DNA of 64,000 nucleotides. Origin: Flavobacteriales bacterium (lineage in GTDB: Bacteria; Bacteroidota; Bacteroidia; Flavobacteriales_F; PHOS-HE28). The stretch spans positions 127,630 through 191,629 of the forward strand of contig JAHBUL010000001.1 in assembly GCA_019638085.1 (NCBI GenBank), read 5' to 3'. Numbering within the stretch: position 1 is the first letter of the stretch; each line of letters begins with the position of its first letter. The notes beneath the pieces are model-generated. The model worked only from the letters and a program-made list of their open reading frames with translations. It was not told where the DNA came from and searched no databases. Both the position numbers and the translations under genes were made by a program. Below are positions 59,485 through 64,000 of the stretch, in pieces.

Positions 59485-60503
59485 TCGAATCGCGCACGAT
59501 CCACTTCCGAGGCTAACTCCTTTCCGTCGAATAAGTGTTCCAGCAGGTGCTCCGCGCACCACGGTGCCAGCATCACACCGCGCGCTCCGAGGCCATTGAT
59601 CACGGCCTTGTGCGGGCCGCTCCTGCCAAGGATCGGTCGGCGATCACGCGCTGCAGGGCGTACCCCGGCATGCTGTGCGATCACTTCGATCGGGGCATCC
59701 AACGTAGCCCTCAGTTTCGCCAAGAGGTATTCGCGTGCTTCTGCGGTCGGTCCTTCCCATACATCCGTCCACTTGAACGTGGCGCCTATGCGATAGAGGT
59801 CATCGCCTAACGGCAACAGACCAACGCCAACATGTAACATCTGCGTGAGGTGTAGCCTCGGGATGCGCACGGTCAATGTTTCTCCTTTTACTGGAACAAG
59901 TCCTGATAGGGCTGCGAATGGCCCCGTGCAATCCACCACCCAACGCCCTTGTACTTCACCGATCCGCACGCCGTCCGGTTCGAGTTGGATATCAGCTTCT
60001 TTCACGGTTATCTCCGTGAACTCATCTTGACCGAACAGGCTTTGCCGATGTGCTTCCAAGAGCATGGGTAGATCCAGCCATGCAGCGTCGGTCACCGTGC
60101 CGTAGCCATGCGGTGCATGTAGAGGTGCCTCGTCGATCTCCGGTTCCGGCCTGCTCGCGATGAAGGGTGCTGTCCCCGGATCAGCTAGGGCGCGTTCCCA
60201 CTGTTTCACCTCGTTCGGTGTCGGAAAGATCTTCACCAAGGAGGTGGGGTGCCAGCACCGGATGCCGAGGTGCTGCTCCCAATTGCTGTAGAACGAACGC
60301 GTACGCGGCATCAGTTCGGCCGCGCGCCAGCTGGGCACATCCCGGCGCAGCACCACGGGGTTCACCGCTCCACCTGCTGCCATGGATGCATTGCCCGCGC
60401 GCTTTTGATCGAGCACGTGAAAGGATAGACCGCGCTGGCGACAGCTTTCCGCCAGCACCGCTCCGGCGATGCCATGCCCAAGTATCAGAACGTCATGTTG
60501 CAC
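59463..60503 (-). CDS. FAD-dependent oxidoreductase (DAO/glycine-oxidase-like)
   Basis: N-terminal VLILGHGIAGAVLA dinucleotide-binding motif. Confidence 0.7.
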   Translation of the reverse strand: MQHDVLILGHGIAGAVLAESCRQRGLSFHVLDQKRAGNASMAAGGAVNPVVLRRDVPSWRAAELMPRTRSFYSNWEQHLGIRCWHPTSLVKIFPTPNEVKQWERALADPGTAPFIASRPEPEIDEAPLHAPHGYGTVTDAAWLDLPMLLEAHRQSLFGQDEFTEITVKEADIQLEPDGVRIGEVQGRWVVDCTGPFAALSGLVPVKGETLTVRIPRLHLTQMLHVGVGLLPLGDDLYRIGATFKWTDVWEGPTAEAREYLLAKLRATLDAPIEVIAQHAGVRPAARDRRPILGRSGPHKAVINGLGARGVMLAPWCAEHLLEHLFDGKELASEVDRARFDQTFLAT

Positions 60504-60550
60504 GGCGCAAAGGTGTGCCGGAACAGGTTTTCCGATGTACTTGTTCCGAG

Positions 60551-61849
60551 TTAGAGCTTCACGAACTCCACCCGGCGATTGTTGGCCTTGCCTGCCGGTG
60601 TGTCATTGGGCCCTGCGGGATCGCTCTCGCCTTTGCCATCGGTCTGCATGCGCCCAGCATCCACCTTGAACTCCGTTATCAGCGCATCCTTTACTGCAGC
60701 GGCCCTCCGCTTACTCAGATCCAGGTTCTTGGCATCATCGCCATCGCTGTCCGTATGACCGATGATGCGGACCTTCACTGACGGGTTCTCATTGAGCGCG
60801 GTGGCGATCTCCTTCAGAGTGCCATAGCTCTCCGGCTTGACCTGGTCCTTTCCGCTATCGAATAAGATACCATGGGTCACCAAGCGACCATCCGTGATCA
60901 GTTTGTTGCGCACGTCCGGTGCACCCACGGCTACGCGTAGGTTGGTGATGAGGATCGGTTGCTCCTCGCAACCATTGTTCTCCAGGACCAAGCGGTAGTT
61001 GATCGCATCGGAGAACGCACGGGGCAGGTCCCATACTTTCTCTTCGTCCAAATACATACGCAGGCGCCCCTTCTGTCGCTGGATGGAGACACGGGAGATC
61101 GGTGGGCGCATGGTGGAAGCAGGTGCGGTCAAAGAGCGCGTATTGCTCATCGCATCATTCCCTTCACGGTCCCAAACCTGCACCTCTGAATAGGGTTCCC
61201 CATCGGTACCCGCTCCGCGAGGAACCACACGCAACCGCACCATGCCATCGACCTTTTCGGAGAGCAGGCTGCCTTCTGCCGTCCGCAGGTAGACGTACAG
61301 ATCGGAACAGGAGACCTGTTCCTCCAGCCCGGTCACGTCGAACTCCAAGGTGAATTGCTCCGGCAGAACGCCGAGGGATTCCGGGTAAGCCATTCCGCTA
61401 CCCCCGAACTTGAACCAGCGGCCTTCTGCACCATCTACTGTGACCACTTCGCCACTGCTGTTGGTGTTCCAGCGAGCGGGAAAGTCACCGACCGCATCCT
61501 GGCTGAAATCCTCGAAGGCGATGAGCTGATCTCCCGGCACAAAATCGAACTTGCTATAAGCGCGTAGCGAAGTCTGGTATCCGGAAGGGTCTTCCACCTC
61601 GGAATCCACTGCATCATCACTTTCCGGCTTTTTATCCTTGCTTCCCTTGGTGGCTTCCTTGGCTCCTTTGTCAACACCTTCCTCGGTCTTGTCAAAACCT
61701 TTGTCGATGGTTTTATCCACCTTGCGCTCCAAGCGCTCCTTGGCCTTGCGCTCCAGCTTATCTCCAATGTTGATCTGGGCCATGCAAAGGCTGGCCATCA
61801 GGGGTATTGTGGCCAATATGGCCCCAATACGGGAGTGGGTCATGTCCAT
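60551..61849 (-). CDS. OmpA-family protein (C-terminal OmpA/MotB peptidoglycan-binding domain)
   Basis: C-terminal NLDLSKRRAAAVKDAL...NRRVEF OmpA_C motif; N-terminal signal peptide. Confidence 0.8.
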   Translation of the reverse strand: MDMTHSRIGAILATIPLMASLCMAQINIGDKLERKAKERLERKVDKTIDKGFDKTEEGVDKGAKEATKGSKDKKPESDDAVDSEVEDPSGYQTSLRAYSKFDFVPGDQLIAFEDFSQDAVGDFPARWNTNSSGEVVTVDGAEGRWFKFGGSGMAYPESLGVLPEQFTLEFDVTGLEEQVSCSDLYVYLRTAEGSLLSEKVDGMVRLRVVPRGAGTDGEPYSEVQVWDREGNDAMSNTRSLTAPASTMRPPISRVSIQRQKGRLRMYLDEEKVWDLPRAFSDAINYRLVLENNGCEEQPILITNLRVAVGAPDVRNKLITDGRLVTHGILFDSGKDQVKPESYGTLKEIATALNENPSVKVRIIGHTDSDGDDAKNLDLSKRRAAAVKDALITEFKVDAGRMQTDGKGESDPAGPNDTPAGKANNRRVEFVKL

Positions 61850-61909
61850 AGCACGAACTTAAGCGTTCGTACTTCAACTTGGCGAACTACTGATACGGCC
61901 AAGCCACTT

Positions 61910-62269
61910 TTATGCTGCCAGCATACGCTCCATGCGGTCGATCAGCTCATCCGGATCGAAGGGCTTTTGAAGCAGTCCGTTCGCGCCTGCGCCCATTACG
62001 GTCGTCATCAGATGCGGAAGCTCATATGCGGTGATGATGAGCACCGGCGTTTTAACGCCCCGAGCACGCAGGTCCTCCAACAGGGAAAGGCCGTCCACGT
62101 GTGGAAGCCCCAGGTCGATCAGCAACAGGTCTGCCGGTTCGTCCTGCAGCATCCGTTCCAGTTCGCGGCCATCCTTCAAAGTGGTCACACGCCAATCGGC
62201 ATCCATGGCGTGGTGAGCGATCAACGTGCGGACCAATGCATCATCCTCAATAAGCATGACATGTCTCAT
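61910..62269 (-). CDS. Single-domain response regulator (CheY-like receiver)
   Basis: Receiver domain with phospho-acceptor Asp in LLLIDLGLP. Confidence 0.75.
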   Translation of the reverse strand: MRHVMLIEDDALVRTLIAHHAMDADWRVTTLKDGRELERMLQDEPADLLLIDLGLPHVDGLSLLEDLRARGVKTPVLIITAYELPHLMTTVMGAGANGLLQKPFDPDELIDRMERMLAA

Positions 62270-62492
62270 GGCAGGAGGGATTTGGATGTTCCTACGGAAG
62301 AAGCGGCACGGAGGTTCGTGGATGTAGGACATGGAGGCGCGGAGGTTCTTGAGAATGCTATTGAGTACCTGGTACAATGCCGAGTGCGGCGGCAGCTACG
62401 CGGTACCCTGTACCCGTACTCAGTACCCCGTACCAAGCACCCAATACCGACCTGCATTCGCTGCGCCTCAGCGTCCCTGCGTGCGACCTTCG

Positions 62493-63845
62493 CTACAAAT
62501 TCCCGGTCACCAGCTTCACGATGTCGTGTCCGTTCACCGCAATGATCAAGGAGAGCAGAAAGACCATGCCGGCCATTTGGGCGTACTCCAACACCTTTTG
62601 GTTCGCTGGCTTACGCGCCACGGCTTCGTACAAGAGGAACACCACATGGCCTCCGTCAAGAGCGGGTATCGGTAGGATGTTCAGCACGGCCAAGGCCAAG
62701 GAGAGGAAAGCGGTCATTTCCCAGAACCGCTGCCACACCCACACGGGGCCGTATGCCTTGCTCATGGAGATCAGTCCACCCATCTGCTTCATGCCTGCCT
62801 TGCTACCAAGCAATTTGAAGGAAGAGACGTTGTCCTTCAAGCGCTGCCAGCCGTACTTGATCCCAGCGGGAATGCTGCCGAGCAACGTGTACCGTTCAGT
62901 GGCGAATGTGAAATATTCCGAGGGCGATCGGGGCTGCAAACCGACGATGCCGTTCTCATCCACATCCACGGGTACTTGCACTTGATGACCTTCGCGGAGT
63001 AGTGTCACCTGCACTTGCTGGCCCTTCTTATCCTTCACCGCTTCCACGAAATCCTGGAAATAGCGGGCGGGCTGGCCATCCAAGGCCACGATGCGGTCGC
63101 CCTTGCGGAAACTACCCACCTTGGCGGCATTGTTGTTCGCCAGTACCGAATCCACGTAGAAAGGGAAGCGTGGACTGAACAGCAGTTTGTCGTTGCTCTC
63201 CAGGATCCGTTCTTGAATATTGGCGCTCAGCTCGATCTTCTTCCGCACAAGTTCGCCTGAGGAGTCCGTCCGTTCCACGGTCACGCTGCGCGCACCGTCT
63301 ATCAAGATCCCGAGCGATACATCCCCCAACGTTTTCGGGTCGCGGCCATCCACATCCACGATCATATCCCCGTCCTGGAAACCCTCACTCTTCATCAACG
63401 CACTGGGCGTAACGCCGTAGGTCAGGTTCTTTACAGGAAGATATTCCCGGCCCCATACAAAGAGCACCATGGCGTAGATCGCGAAGGCCAACAGCACGTT
63501 GACCGTTACGCCACCCACCATTACGATCAGGCGCTGCCATACCGGTTTGGCCCGGAACTCCCATGGCTCAGGTGGCTTCTGCATGCGCTCCTTCTGATCG
63601 GCGTCCATGCTCTCGTCCACCATACCGGAGATCTTCACATAACCACCGAAAGGCAAGCTGCCGATACCGTATTCGGTACCGCGGAATTTTTTCTTCACCA
63701 AGGCCCACGGCCAATCGAAGAAGAGGTAGAATTTTTCCACGCGCATGCCAAAGAGCTTGGCGGGAAGGAAGTGGCCGAATTCGTGCAGGGCCACCAGAAT
63801 GGAAAAGCCCAGGATGAGCTGTCCGGCATAGATCAAGATCTCCAT
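62493..63845 (-). CDS. rseP: RIP metalloprotease RseP (site-2 protease, M50 family)
   Basis: HEFGH zinc motif, PDZ domain, C-terminal LDGGH motif. Confidence 0.9.
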   Translation of the reverse strand: MEILIYAGQLILGFSILVALHEFGHFLPAKLFGMRVEKFYLFFDWPWALVKKKFRGTEYGIGSLPFGGYVKISGMVDESMDADQKERMQKPPEPWEFRAKPVWQRLIVMVGGVTVNVLLAFAIYAMVLFVWGREYLPVKNLTYGVTPSALMKSEGFQDGDMIVDVDGRDPKTLGDVSLGILIDGARSVTVERTDSSGELVRKKIELSANIQERILESNDKLLFSPRFPFYVDSVLANNNAAKVGSFRKGDRIVALDGQPARYFQDFVEAVKDKKGQQVQVTLLREGHQVQVPVDVDENGIVGLQPRSPSEYFTFATERYTLLGSIPAGIKYGWQRLKDNVSSFKLLGSKAGMKQMGGLISMSKAYGPVWVWQRFWEMTAFLSLALAVLNILPIPALDGGHVVFLLYEAVARKPANQKVLEYAQMAGMVFLLSLIIAVNGHDIVKLVTGNL

Positions 63846-64000
63846 TGCGGGGTATTGAGGGTCTCGTAGGCCATGCGGCGCGTGTCCGCATCACTGGCCT
63901 CGAGTTCTTCGAGCGTAGGTGAGGATACAAAGGTCGACTTTGCCAAGCGATCGGCGATGAGGTCACTCATCTCCCGGAATCCGATGCGCTCGTCCAGGAA
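63833..64000 (-). CDS. dxr: 3' end of 1-deoxy-D-xylulose-5-phosphate reductoisomerase (5' part beyond the window end)
   Basis: Hand translation of the minus strand gives ...ERIGFREMSDLIADRLAKSTFVSSPTLEELEASDADTRRMAYETLNTPQWRS*, matching the DXR C-terminal region; stop overlaps the rseP start by 13 nt. Confidence 0.55.
   Translation of the reverse strand, partial: FLDERIGFREMSDLIADRLAKSTFVSSPTLEELEASDADTRRMAYETLNTPQWRS

Noticed and set aside
1-64000. CRISPR arrays, prophage, integron or toxin-antitoxin modules
   Set aside because: I found no regularly spaced direct repeats, no phage structural or integrase genes, and no small paired toxin-antitoxin ORFs. The only mobile element recognised is the IS110 copy.

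Overview
This 64-kb window reads as a GC-rich Bacteroidota chromosomal segment, gene-dense on both strands, with many GC-rich antisense shadow ORFs that I rejected. The phylum call rests on several T9SS C-terminal sorting domains, TAnnTTTG-type -7 promoter boxes, RpoN, and a split suf operon.

Content in order:
- A truncated T9SS cargo gene.
- A kynurenine-branch pair (3-hydroxyanthranilate dioxygenase + ACMSD).
- A 1,290-aa T9SS type-B adhesin, then purF.
- A sterol-desaturase-family gene, a rhodanese and an outer-membrane protein.
- An ergothioneine locus: egtB-egtD-DUF427, with a convergent class-V PLP enzyme as an EgtE candidate.
- An FMN reductase and an alpha/beta-hydrolase-OsmC fusion.
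- A tightly coupled ECF sigma / zinc anti-sigma / AhpD-like / ArsS radical-SAM / TIGR04282-like unit.
- sufCDSE-sufT-DUF2480 on the plus strand.
- A secreted HExxH protein.
- A three-glycosyltransferase operon with overlapping start/stop codons.
- A CcoG/NapH-like polyferredoxin plus FAD oxidoreductase pair.
- Small T9SS cargo, DUF1508, then sufA-sufB on the minus strand about 15 kb from sufC.
- A beta-lactamase-fold hydrolase, a beta-propeller repeat T9SS protein, rpoN, PAP2 and galE.
- tRNA-Met(CAT) and a HAD hydrolase.
- LamG T9SS cargo, an IS110-family insertion, TfoX-N and methylmalonyl-CoA epimerase.
- A roughly 2,030-aa thioester alpha-2-macroglobulin lipoprotein.
- A GltS-like FMN protein, a VOC protein, an FAD oxidase and an OmpA-family protein.
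- A receiver-only response regulator, rseP, and the 3' end of dxr.

Most notable:
- The suf operon is split, with a duplicated promoter-palindrome module in front of both halves and a terminator after sufB.
- An ArsS-type radical-SAM cluster sits under an ECF/ZAS redox switch with no ars genes nearby.
- The ergothioneine locus.
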